From positions 64,001 through 128,000 of the IMG/VR virus record IMGVR_UViG_3300022562_001814: DNA of 64,000 nt, one strand, 5' to 3'. Under the pieces are notes generated by a model. The model was not told where the DNA came from. It saw nothing but the letters and a program-made list of their open reading frames with translations, and did not search any database. Below are positions 50,689-62,800 of the stretch, one piece after another (position 1 is the first letter of the stretch; each line of letters opens with the position of its first letter). The position numbers and the translations under genes were made by a program. This DNA is from a virus.

Positions 50689-52305
50689 TTGGTTACTGAT
50701 GCACAAAGAAAATATTTCAATACTAATGATATTGTTGCGCCAGACATTGATCAATATTATTCTAAAATTATTGTAACTATTGATTCTTTTAGAAGTAAAT
50801 TTAATGTTTTAAATTCTAATTTACATAAAACTATTGGTCTACAAAATTTAGATGATATTTTTGTAAGAAATGAATCTAATTCATTAAATTTTCAAGAAAG
50901 TCGATGTTCTGCCTTTTACAGAATGGTCGGATTTCCAATTGTTAATGGTGAGGGAACAGATTTTTATAGCCCAGGATTTAATCCGTATGTAAATAAAGAT
51001 AGTAAAAAACAAAATGATCGGTTAGCAATAGCTAACTCTTTATTAAATAAAAGAAAAGGTATATTAAATGATCGAGAAAGATATGGTATATCAAATTCTT
51101 TTATATTTAGAGCACAAGACGATAGTGCTAGTGCCTTAGCAATATCTTCTATTTTTACTAGAAATTTTGATAAACAATTAAAACAAAATATAGGACCATT
51201 AGAATTAGATAGGCAGGTATTTGAAGTACCAGATAGGGCAAATCTTAGTTTAAATTTTCCGGACTTATCATCTTTAATTACTATAAGTACACATATTTTA
51301 AAGCCGTTTGTTGTAGATCCTAGAATAGATCTAACCGTTATGCCTGCTGCCAATCGTATTTGTGCACCATTTTTGTTTGATAAATCAAAAACAAAATTAT
51401 CAAATAATATAACATTAAAGCGTCCCTATATTGAAAAAGTTATTACTATTAGATTTAAAAACGCAAATGTACTTGAGAACCCCACTCAAGAAACAAATAT
51501 TAATCAATTTCTCAGAGATTCTATTAATTTTATTAAAGATAATTCTGATATAACTGATATTTCATTGGTTGAGAGCATACCTAATGCTTCTAAAAATTTA
51601 CACGGTTCTGAAATAAATATGTTTTTTAAATTTATAAGACAGATAGAAGCATTATTAGAAGAGTTGGCTAAAGCATTTATTGAAATTTCAAAAATTAGAA
51701 CAACTATTAATTGGAAACCTATTCCAAGCACAAATGGTCCTGAATTCGGAAGTACGTTAAAAGACGTTGATAAAAATGACAAAGACAATAATCAACAAAA
51801 AGAACTTGATATTATCAAATTAGAGCTTAATAAAGTTATTGCTAAAACAGAATTGGATTTGGGTCTTTCAACGCCAGATTTGGGAGATTATGTATTTTCT
51901 GATATTGATGATATGGCTTTAAATACTGCCCAAAATGATTATCAATTTTACGATACTCAACTTAAAACATTATATAAACAAAGAAATGCATATGGTAATA
52001 GAGCAAATGAATTATTAAAAAATATAGAAATTATAACAGGAGAATTTAGCGGTTTAGGTTTATTAGATATTTTTGCTATTCAGGCCGCTCTTTGGTCTAT
52101 GAGTCCAGAGGGCATTATAGGATTAATAGATGAAGACGCTCGTAATAGAGCAGATGAAAATACAATAAAAGGGAAAATTGATATAGTATTACCAGATTCT
52201 AGTAAACCAATATTAGAAGCGCTTACTGAATTTGAAAAAAAACTTTCAGAAATTTATGCTTTTATGGGCGGATATTATCAGGCATTATTTAATGAAGGAA
52301 GATAA
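50689..52305 (+). CDS. hypothetical baseplate-region protein
   Basis: 538-aa ORF, TTG start with GGAG RBS. Confidence 0.7.
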   Translation: MVTDAQRKYFNTNDIVAPDIDQYYSKIIVTIDSFRSKFNVLNSNLHKTIGLQNLDDIFVRNESNSLNFQESRCSAFYRMVGFPIVNGEGTDFYSPGFNPYVNKDSKKQNDRLAIANSLLNKRKGILNDRERYGISNSFIFRAQDDSASALAISSIFTRNFDKQLKQNIGPLELDRQVFEVPDRANLSLNFPDLSSLITISTHILKPFVVDPRIDLTVMPAANRICAPFLFDKSKTKLSNNITLKRPYIEKVITIRFKNANVLENPTQETNINQFLRDSINFIKDNSDITDISLVESIPNASKNLHGSEINMFFKFIRQIEALLEELAKAFIEISKIRTTINWKPIPSTNGPEFGSTLKDVDKNDKDNNQQKELDIIKLELNKVIAKTELDLGLSTPDLGDYVFSDIDDMALNTAQNDYQFYDTQLKTLYKQRNAYGNRANELLKNIEIITGEFSGLGLLDIFAIQAALWSMSPEGIIGLIDEDARNRADENTIKGKIDIVLPDSSKPILEALTEFEKKLSEIYAFMGGYYQALFNEGR

Positions 52306-52366
52306 ATAATCAATAAAATCAATAAGTTAAATGTTTGCAATAATATTGCATTGGAAAAGGATTATT

Positions 52367-52792
52367 ATGTCTTCAGATCTAAGAATTGTTAATGGCGATT
52401 TTATATTAAAAAATGGTGATTTAGAACAAATTACGGGACAAAATAAATTAATTCAAGATATATTAAAAATATGTTTAACAGCTGCCGGATCTAATATTTA
52501 TCAACCTTGGTATGGTTCTTTCATTTCTAAAACACTTATTGGTTCGCATTTATCAACCGATATTACACTTACAATCGCTCAGAGTCAATTACAAAATGCA
52601 TTAGAAAACCTTAAAAAATTGCAACAATTACAGCTAAATAGTACATTACAACAAGTAACCCCAGATGAGCATATAGCAGGTATTAAAGAAGTTAAAGTAA
52701 GTAGAAATCAAATAGACCCAAGACTTTTTGAAGTAATGATAAAGGTATTAAATAGAGAATTTAAGCAAACAATTGTTACTTTTAGTCCTTAA
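52367..52792 (+). CDS. baseplate wedge subunit (gp25/gpW-like)
   Basis: DLRI..GD....G..KLIQDI.K..LT..G....P.YGS; directly before baseplate J; start reassigned behind AAGGA. Confidence 0.78.
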   Translation: MSSDLRIVNGDFILKNGDLEQITGQNKLIQDILKICLTAAGSNIYQPWYGSFISKTLIGSHLSTDITLTIAQSQLQNALENLKKLQQLQLNSTLQQVTPDEHIAGIKEVKVSRNQIDPRLFEVMIKVLNREFKQTIVTFSP

Positions 52793-52815
52793 CAGGATAT
52801 ATTAATAAGGTAGAT

Positions 52816-55800
52816 ATGGTAGTTATTAGATCAGCCGACGAAATTATATTAAATATGATTGAATTGCTAAAAGCAATCAGACCATCAGCTGATAGCAAAC
52901 CAGGCACTGTAATAAGAGATTTATTTATAGAATTACCTGCCTCCCAATTGAGTTTATTATATGATACAGTTGCAGATGTATCTGATTTACAATCATTAAG
53001 ATTAGTTTCTGGATCTGATTTAGATAATTTGCTTTCTAATTATGGATTATCAAGAAAATCGGCTAGTAAATCGTCAGGATTGGCTTTATTCACATTTAGC
53101 TCTATTCCTGCTTCAATTGCCATTAATAAGGGGGATTTTATATATTCTTCTGGCGGTGACTCATTTGCTGTTGCAAATGGTATAAGTGTTATTCCATCAA
53201 ATAGCAATTTATATCGTTCAATTGCCACTAAATATAAAAATGATTTAGATTTTTTGGGTATTTCTGACCAATTTGCAGTTGAAGTCACGGTTCAAGCTAC
53301 TACTCCAGGTACTGCGGGCAATATATCTAAATATTCTATTAATAGTACTTCAACCCCAGGTGTTTCTAATGCTACTAATGTATTTGCTTTTTCTGGAGGA
53401 ACAGATCAAGAAGATGACGCTTCATTTAGAAATCGTGGATTAGCCATTTTTAGTGGTTCAAGTACTGGAACATCTTTGGGTTATCGTAATGCGGCATTAA
53501 CAGATAGCAATGTCATAGACGTGCTGGTTGTAGAACCAGGTAATCCTTTAATGACAAGAGATGGTACTGTAGTTGTAAAAAATGATGATGGTACATTTAC
53601 TATTATCTCTGAAGGTACAGGAAATAAAGTAGATATTATTATTTTAGGCACTAATTTATCTGAATATACAGATAGTTTTATTTATCAAGACAAAAGTAAT
53701 AATAATGATCCAACAGATGACAAAAATATTTATGTATTGGGACAAATTTCTGGAGATGAAAATAAAACTATTAATCGTCGTCGAATAGATAATATTGCTA
53801 ATGGTGTTTTACCGGCGCAACCAGTTGAAGAAATATTAGAAGTTACAGGTTCATTAAGTGGTTCAAATTTCGTTGAAAAAAATGTAGATAGTCTTGGTAG
53901 AATTACTGGAAATTATGAATTAATTAAAGATACCGGCAATGTATCAGGCAGCCCCTTCGGGTTTGATAAATTTCACTGGATAAATGATCGTGTTGAATTA
54001 TTTGAAGAAGATCGCGTTAAATCAAGATTCAATGGACAAGATAATTTAACTTTTACAGATGTCATTCAAATTCCTCAAATTCAACAAAATATTTCTATTA
54101 CTAATGAAAATAGCTTAGTATCTTCAGGAGATAAGTCCATTATTCAATTATTACATACTCCTTCAACCAATGTAACAAGAGTATTTAATGTTAATACTGG
54201 AGAACGTTATATCGTTACAGATCAAAGCGTTGATGGAGACGATTCTATTAATACTACTGGAAGAATAAGGATTACAGGTAATACTTTGCCGTCTGTAAGT
54301 GATGTTTTACAAGTAGATTATACGTGGGTCGTTGATTTCGATCCGTTCGTTGACTACGATGGTAAAATTATTAACAGTAATCCCCGTATATCGGATGATA
54401 GTATTGATTGGGGATTATCTAATGCTATTAGAAATGAATCAGCACTTTTTACTATTAGTGATGATGGCGCTTTCTATAGTGGAAATGTAAAACACCCTGT
54501 AGGTGTTATTTTAAGTGCAGAAAAATTTCAACAAGCCGATTCTTTTATTACTGAAGTATCAACGGGAAATTTTATTGGTAGATTATCTGTAATTATAGAA
54601 GAATTATTAGAACCTGTAGATACTGTAAGTGCTATTATTTTACAAAACTCCACTTTAGGTGTTTTTAATACCACTGATGCTGATAGTATTATTACAAATG
54701 AACGCGTTATTGTAGGATCTGAAATTAAATATAATTGTACAATAATTTTACCTTCTGATACTCCGGCAACTGAAGGTGCTGCTGTAACTGTATATTTTAA
54801 TCAATCAGATGTTTTTACAGTAAGCGGTTCTGCAGGAAATTTTACAGCAAATCAAATTACTATTCCTTCAACTAATGTCGACGTTGTAAATGATACTGTT
54901 ATTTTGCGTGTTACCTATTTGGCAAATATTCAAGAAGCTTTAACTGCAAGCATAACTAATTTGCCACTTAGTAGAGTTGGAAATAGTTTTAATAATAATA
55001 GTACTACCGGATTTACAAATAATTCTGTATCTAATATCATTAGAAGAGAAAATCAAACAATTCAATTAAGTGATGCTAATGATTTAATAGTTACATTAAA
55101 TATTAATGCTTCTGATTTTGAATTTGCTTCCGATAAGGTATTACTAGTTGTTAATTTGACAGATAAACAAGAAATTTGGAATCAAGATAATATAGGAACA
55201 GTTAGTGTAGATGATGATAACTATTATGTATTAACATTTACTGGATATAACACGCCAACTGTTGGAGATAATGTTGGTATTTTTTATACAGCCGATGATA
55301 TTAAACGGACACAGCCATTTACATTTGATAATTCTCTTATCAACAAAAGTGTTCAAACATTACAATATGATTCGATTAATGATCAATTGTTTATTGACAT
55401 TCATTCTTTTATAGATGATTCTGTCAGTTTTTCAATTATAGACCCAACTAATGACGTAACCATTGTTGCAAGTACTGGTACGCTTACGGCGAGCACTGCT
55501 GATGCAACATTATCCAGCGGGTTTGTAGTATTTGGTGCTTTAGATGAAGTATTACTTAAAAAGGTAAAAATAGAAAATTCTATTTACCCTAATAATAATG
55601 GAATTTATGATATTGTTTCTATTAATACTATTAGCAATACTATAACTTTTACAAATGAACTCGGGAATATTAATTCTAATCAAATTAGTATAGTAAGGTT
55701 ATTAGATAATAAAGAATTATGGACAGATAACGGTGAAATCGATTTAACTGATAATAAATTAATATTACCTTCAACTGCTAATGCAAATGAAAATGACGAT

Positions 55801-56883
55801 GTTGTTGTATTACTTTTTGTTTCTAATAATTTAAGACAGGCACCATCTAAATTAGCAATAACTGTTGCTGATCAAATTAATAATACTGGCATAATTACAA
55901 TTTCTGGCACCAGTATGACTAAAATTAAAGAAATAATTTTTACTGCTACTAATACCGGATTTAAACAAACTATTGCTGAAGCTGTTAGAAAAACATTAGG
56001 TCTAGCATCTGCTTCTAGCATTCCTTCAACTGTTAAATTAGCCAGAATAACAAAATTAGAAAAAGTTACTACTACAACTGGAGGCGAAGTTTTATCTTCA
56101 GATGTAACTTATGATATTTTAGGATCTTCCATCAAAAATAATATTTATTATGCTAATGAAATGATAGATAATGATACTTTATCTAATTTAGAATTTATTT
56201 TACCCAACACTACTAATAATTTAACAAATAGCCCCAAAATAGGAGATCAGTTTAGGATTACTTGTTATTTTACTACAGATCTAGATAGTGAGAGCTTGTC
56301 CTTCACACGTAATGGCACTTTATATACAAATAAACTATTTACTTTAATAGATAAGATGTTTGTTTCAAGTGGATTCAATTCGACATCTGTAAGATTTATA
56401 GTGTCTTATTTTAATCAACCTGCTACTGGAAGTCGTTATAAAGCTTTCTATGATTATACGGCACCAAAACAAAATGAAAGAATTACTATTAAATTTAATT
56501 ATAATAAATTAATTTCTGATACAACATTTACTATAGAAGAAGCTCGACCAATTAATGCGGACGTGCTTGTAAAAGCTGCTCAACAGCTATTGGTAGATAT
56601 CACTATGTATATAGTAATAGATTCAAATTATACTGATTCATCAGATACTGTATTACAAAATCTAAAAGATCGGTTAACTACAGCTATTAATACTAATAAA
56701 TTAGGTGATATTTTAGATGCTTCTGATTTAGTAACAGTTGCACAAGGTGTAGATGGAGTAGATCGTGCTCGAGTAGTATATTTTAATGAAAATGGTCAAG
56801 TTGGACAAGTATTATCGTTAGTTGCCCAAGAAAATCAATATTTTGTAGCAAATAATGTTTTAGTGGATCAAGAAGTTAGATAA
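52816..56883 (+). CDS. baseplate J-like wedge protein with large internal insertion
   Basis: DLD.L..NYGLSRK.A..S.G, V.A..PG.AGN, GGTDQEDD..FR.R, G.....Y N-terminal J motifs; C-terminal LG..L..SDL....Q.VDGVD.A. Confidence 0.82.
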   Translation: MVVIRSADEIILNMIELLKAIRPSADSKPGTVIRDLFIELPASQLSLLYDTVADVSDLQSLRLVSGSDLDNLLSNYGLSRKSASKSSGLALFTFSSIPASIAINKGDFIYSSGGDSFAVANGISVIPSNSNLYRSIATKYKNDLDFLGISDQFAVEVTVQATTPGTAGNISKYSINSTSTPGVSNATNVFAFSGGTDQEDDASFRNRGLAIFSGSSTGTSLGYRNAALTDSNVIDVLVVEPGNPLMTRDGTVVVKNDDGTFTIISEGTGNKVDIIILGTNLSEYTDSFIYQDKSNNNDPTDDKNIYVLGQISGDENKTINRRRIDNIANGVLPAQPVEEILEVTGSLSGSNFVEKNVDSLGRITGNYELIKDTGNVSGSPFGFDKFHWINDRVELFEEDRVKSRFNGQDNLTFTDVIQIPQIQQNISITNENSLVSSGDKSIIQLLHTPSTNVTRVFNVNTGERYIVTDQSVDGDDSINTTGRIRITGNTLPSVSDVLQVDYTWVVDFDPFVDYDGKIINSNPRISDDSIDWGLSNAIRNESALFTISDDGAFYSGNVKHPVGVILSAEKFQQADSFITEVSTGNFIGRLSVIIEELLEPVDTVSAIILQNSTLGVFNTTDADSIITNERVIVGSEIKYNCTIILPSDTPATEGAAVTVYFNQSDVFTVSGSAGNFTANQITIPSTNVDVVNDTVILRVTYLANIQEALTASITNLPLSRVGNSFNNNSTTGFTNNSVSNIIRRENQTIQLSDANDLIVTLNINASDFEFASDKVLLVVNLTDKQEIWNQDNIGTVSVDDDNYYVLTFTGYNTPTVGDNVGIFYTADDIKRTQPFTFDNSLINKSVQTLQYDSINDQLFIDIHSFIDDSVSFSIIDPTNDVTIVASTGTLTASTADATLSSGFVVFGALDEVLLKKVKIENSIYPNNNGIYDIVSINTISNTITFTNELGNINSNQISIVRLLDNKELWTDNGEIDLTDNKLILPSTANANENDDVVVLLFVSNNLRQAPSKLAITVADQINNTGIITISGTSMTKIKEIIFTATNTGFKQTIAEAVRKTLGLASASSIPSTVKLARITKLEKVTTTTGGEVLSSDVTYDILGSSIKNNIYYANEMIDNDTLSNLEFILPNTTNNLTNSPKIGDQFRITCYFTTDLDSESLSFTRNGTLYTNKLFTLIDKMFVSSGFNSTSVRFIVSYFNQPATGSRYKAFYDYTAPKQNERITIKFNYNKLISDTTFTIEEARPINADVLVKAAQQLLVDITMYIVIDSNYTDSSDTVLQNLKDRLTTAINTNKLGDILDASDLVTVAQGVDGVDRARVVYFNENGQVGQVLSLVAQENQYFVANNVLVDQEVR

Positions 56884-56893
56884 TTGGATGTAG

Positions 56894-59800
56894 ATGACAA
56901 ATAATCTTAGAGCTTTATCTATAAATGTTGTAAACAGCGTATCAGTTAAGGTATTATTTACTGATTCTTTAATTACAACTATTAATGCAGATAATATTAC
57001 AATCGTATCACAAACGCCTGGCGTACCATCGCCTCAAGTGTTAAAGGTAAGAGTATTAGATAATATTTTAGAAATTACAACACAACCTTTAACAAGTTTG
57101 GCTGGATACTTTATTACATTTGCATCAACAGATACTACATTATTTAAATCTTTAAATGGGACTTCGATTTTATTCGAAGACGGTATTGCAAATAAATTAT
57201 TTTTCTTAGGACCAGTAGAATCTACAAATCCTGTTAAAGAATATTTTTTAAATTATTTAAGCGAAAATGTATATAATACTGACTCTGGTACTATTTTACA
57301 TGATTATTTAAATATTTTATCTACTTTATTTGTAAAAGCTTTATATGATATTAGACAAGCCAAAAATGACAATTATTTATCTATTACCATCACAGATGAA
57401 AGAAAGACCCGCGGTGAAACGCCTTTTGATCATTTAAATGAAGAAGGGGCTTATGAAATAATTAGGGTTGGTAAGACAGCAACTAATGCTATTTCTAGTT
57501 TAAATTTATCTATTGATGAATTTAATACCGATCCAATTAGTTTATTACAAGCAGATTTTTCTGAAAGCCTTACAATTAATTCGATTGATAGTGAGGGTAT
57601 ATTTAATATTAATAGTTTTATATTAAATTTATCTAAAAATTTTGTTATTAAATTAGAATCCGTTACATTTACATATAGTAATGGACATCTTCCATATTCA
57701 TATGATATTTCAACATATGGTTACCAAATTTTAGACCAAAAATATGATAGTGCATATGCCTTTAAATATCTGTTATTAGAAAATAACCAAATCAAATTAA
57801 GTGATAAAATTTTGGAAGATCCAAATTTCTCCTCTGAAGAAATTTTTCAAGTTCAAGTTTCTTATAAATATAAAGATACTGGGAGAGTAATTGATTTTGA
57901 TACTGTAGAAGTGCATAGCGTTGATTCTTCTGGAAGAGAAGTATTGCCTCCACTATTAAATGTATTTAATTTAAAACACGCTCCAGTTGTTACTAGTGGA
58001 AATAAAATTGGAACTATCGGAGATGTAAGTTTTGTAGATCAAAACACATTACCAATTTTAAATCAACAACATCCAGCATTCACAACAGAACTAAAATTTA
58101 GATTGGATTTCCTTCCCTCATCAATTGGAGAATATTCAATTGATTATGAAACTGGTACTGTATACGTATTTGGAGAATCTTCAGCAAATGATGGTACTGG
58201 TGCTACCCCCCCACTTGCAATATATAATTATCGTCAAGTCTTTAAAGAAGATATTGATTGGGTTGTGGATACAAGCACGAGTGATTTAGTTGCTTTAACA
58301 GCTGGTAGTTTAATTGGTAATGAAGCTGATATTATTTTTAATTTTGAACAAGTGCTTGCACAAGATATTGATTATAAGGCGCAAATTCATATTGAAGTAT
58401 TGGATGAAAGAATTGATAATAATTTATTAGCACTTAATGTATTAAGTGTTCAAAACCCCCCAATCACGAATGTATTTAGAGTGTATAATGAAACTACTGG
58501 AGAAATTTATCCAGTTTCTCGTTGGAATGATAGTAAAGTATTTTTTACATATAATAATCCGCCAAATATAGAAGAATTTTTAGGCGAAAGAGCTTCGTTT
58601 GAAGAAGTTAATAATGAAATTATGTTTGTTAATACCGTACTTGATACGGTTGTACCCACGATTAAAATATTTAAAATCATATTAAATAATAATAATATAA
58701 TTGCTCAATCTGAAGATTGTATTGGAGCATCATTTAATACAAGTGTTTCTTTGTCTAATAATGAAATATTTACTACAGAATTATATTTTGATGGACTCCA
58801 ATCAGAAACATTAAATTTATCTAGATTAACAACTGTAGGGTATTATTTTATTGATTACCAAAATGGTATCGTATATTTAACTGTTAGTAGCGATCAAGAT
58901 TTTAACATAGGAACTATTTCTTATAAACGTGGATACATAGCAACAAATTATCCTCATATTACAAGTGTAGAAGATATTTATTATCGTATCACTACATTAT
59001 CTGCTAAAAATAAAACTTTCGAATATACTGATTTTGATGATGGGTTTATTTTACCAAAATCTTTTGATTTAGCTGATGAGCAAATTTTATCCCAAGATAC
59101 TAATGTTTCATATATTGTTTCATCAAATAAAATTGGGGCTTTAGTTGATTCTGAATTTGTACACACTGTTACAGATGATATTTTATTTATCAGATCTATA
59201 TATGAAATAGAAGATTTATTAAATAATATTTCCCCTCTTAATTTTACTGAGGCGGCAAGTTTTACAAATCGTTCGATTACAATAACTCCAATAGAAAAAC
59301 AAGAATATCACACAGTAGAATATGATGGTTATGATGGTTATCATTTATATTTAAATACCGGATTACAATACTTATCATCAAATATCACTCTTGATGTTCA
59401 GGTAGTTAGATTAACAGATCAGGCAGATCTGTGGGGAGGTATTGGAACTGTTGTTTTAGGTAATTTAGTAAAACTTATACTACCAGGCATTAATTCTCCG
59501 GCTATTGGTGATTCGGTGTTAGTTACATACAGTTATACTATAAACGATTTATCACATGTGGTTGTTGATTATAATAAAGGAGAATATTATATAGATTATA
59601 CCGCCTTAACTGATGAAATTATAGTTAGTTATGAATACGGTGCTAATGCATTAGATTTTAGAGAATCAAGTGCGTTAAATGCCGGTGATACTTATTATGT
59701 GAGTTATAAAGTTGGAGCACTTCGAGATGCATTGCTTAAAAATTTTGGAAGTTTAATAGATATTGATATTTTAAATGTATTTGATGTTACTTTCTCTAGA

Positions 59801-62800
59801 GAAAGATATCGAGATGCTATTACAGCTGCTATGCATTCTTTTTCAAAAGGACCCACTGTTGCTGCGATAGAAAATATCGGATCTATTATATCTCATTTAC
59901 CAGCAGAAGTAAACGAATCGGTATTTGAAAATTGGTCGCTGGGCGAAAGTTTACTAAATCCACGCAAATTTAATTTAACAGGTAATTTTGATTTAGAAGT
60001 AACAAAATATAATGAAGGTATACTTATTGATCAAAAAGATCAGTCTATTAGTTTACCAGCCATATCTAATTTAAAATTGGATGAAGGTACGTTTGAAACG
60101 TGGATTAGGCCGCACTGGGACGGATTAGATAATCTTGCAGAATTAAAAATTGTTCCACTAAAGGACGGGTATTTAATATCTGAATTGGAAATTTTTATTG
60201 GAGCATTAGAATATCATCCAACTTATGAAACCGATTTAGATACTGGAGAACAATTCTTTACGTTAGATAAATTCAAGCAGGTCGGAGGTATCCCGAATAA
60301 AAATAAAGATGGTGTATATTTTTATTATGATCGAGATCCAGTTGGTAATTTCAATAGATGGTTTGTTGAAATTATAGACGGATATGCTAATGACGGATAT
60401 GTTATAGATGGTTATGTAAGTAAAAAATATAGTTTAACACTACATACTAATGGTAGGTTTTATGATATTAAATCAACTACAGACCTTCAACCAAGTACGA
60501 CCAAAATTACAAGTGGTACCAACAAATTATCTTTTGTAGTTAATTCTGTATTTCCTAATGAAGGAATTACTTTTGTGGCTGATTTGCCGCATTATATAAT
60601 AGATTATGCGGAAGAAGAAAATAAAAATAGATTTTCTATTTTTAAAGATGAGTCTGGTTATTTAAATTTTAAAATTTTTGATAAATTTAAAACTAGTTAT
60701 ACTATAAGTGCCAATGTATCTGATTGGATACATGATGAATTACATCATGTGGCGGCTTCTTGGAAACTGAATACAAAAATGGGTAGAGATGAATTGCATC
60801 TATTTATAGATGGGTTCGAGGTTCCAAATATTATAAGATATGGAGATCGTATTAAGCCATATTTACATGAAAAATTTAGAACAATTAATCCAGAAGAAGT
60901 TGTTGGAGCTATTACTAGTAATATTGTTTCATCTAATGATTTAACAACTATAGTTGGTTCCACACAAGTTATATCTTCTCTTAATTTCAGCGCGTACGGT
61001 ATCGTTATTGGGGATATTATTTATATAGAAGAGCCAGGATTTGATGAAAATGGATATTTAATTACTTTCGTAAATGGTAATACTTTAACTTTAGATACGG
61101 TTATGCCAGTAACTATTACTGATGGGACATTTTCCGTTAATAAAACCGCATTTGATGTATCTACTGAAATAGATGTATTTCCGAATTTCACGGTTTCTTT
61201 ACTACATTCATTTTTTAATTATAATGATTTAGAAACTGTAATTGGATCTAATATAGTAACTAGTTCTACAGTTGACTTTGTAGCAAATAATGTTGTTCCT
61301 GGAGATTTAATTCGTATTAATGATTCATCATTTGAAAAACATTATATAATTTTAGATGTAAACCCAAATTCATTAATTTTAAATGATGATATGCCGAACA
61401 GTTTGTCCGGGTTGTCATATAATATTTATCATAATGAAGAAGAAGAAATTCCCGGATTGCGTGCCCTTTATCCTTCATATGAGTTATCTAAATCCACTGA
61501 TGGATATTTTACAAATATACTTACTATTAGAAATGATGCACTTATAGATGATTTGGTACTAATTAGAACCTTGGGAATCAACCATAGAAAAGTAAAAAGA
61601 CGTTATTATGTTTGGGGTAATCAAAGCAATATTCTTAAAACAAAATTACCAACTCCAATTTCACTAGATGAAGTAAAAATTAATAAAATATTAATACCCA
61701 CAACATTTATTGGTCCGAGTAATTCTACTTTAATGGGTGGAATATTTACTTCTAATAATATTTTATCTGATTTAACTTCTAATGGTGTAAGCGGAAGGAC
61801 TTTATCAGTATCAATTCAGGGAGATAATATTGATTTTACCACCTCAACGACTGTTGATATAAATGGTGTTGTTGTTGATACTGCAGGAGTCCCTTCTGTT
61901 ATTACAGAAACGCTTACGTTTACGGAACGTGGGATACAAGATACATTAAATTTATTTGCTCAAGTCAATTATGTAATCGTGACTTGTAAGCCAATTAAAA
62001 CAACATCTAATGCAGCTGTTCTAGAAATTAAAGAAAAATATCCCATTACCAAAGCAGAAAATGTAGACTGGTTTGTTATTTCATCAAGTAATATACCACA
62101 AGCGATCGTACGATACAGTTATCAGGTAGGTGTAGGCAATAGTTTATATAGTGATGGTTATCAATTAGGTGATGGATATTCTGTAACAGATGATAATAAT
62201 TTTTTCTCTAGCAGTGTTGTTGGGGATTATTTGATTATTCATAATCCTCTATCAGTGGCTGGATTTTATAAAATTATTGACGTGTCTGATGATCATACAA
62301 CTTTAACATTAGATCCTAATACTACTGGAAGTTTACCACTAACATCTTTTACAGATGGGTATTATGAAATTTTAAATACAATTGATTTTAGAAGCGGACT
62401 ACAGAATGGATATTTTACTTTTGAATATCTTGCGCTTCCCGGTGAACCATATTTCTTAACCGAAGGTTTATATGAGTTAGATTATTATACCTATTTATCA
62501 ATTCCTTTTGATTTGCGTCCTGATGATATGTACATTGGTAGTAATTTTAATGGTAAATTACAATTAAATGGTGTAATAGATGAATTACAAATTTTAAATA
62601 TTAAGCTTACTGATACGAGAGTTGGGGAAACTGCGGCTAAAAGCCAACGTACTATTACTAAAGAATTTAATTCATTGAAAGCATCGGAAACGGACGCAAA
62701 TTCATTAGTATTATCACATTTTGATACTGTTCCACCAATTAATGAAGCTGATGTTTATCGATATGCCGATCAAAATATCATTCAATCTGGTGAAGTAATT

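Noticed and set aside
940-60963. Short antisense or alternate-frame ORFs in the track (e.g. 940, 1897, 6991, 14426, 17325, 25874, 29716, 37897, 50964, 60745)
   Set aside because: Nested within longer, motif-bearing genes; shadow ORFs without RBS or recognisable motifs
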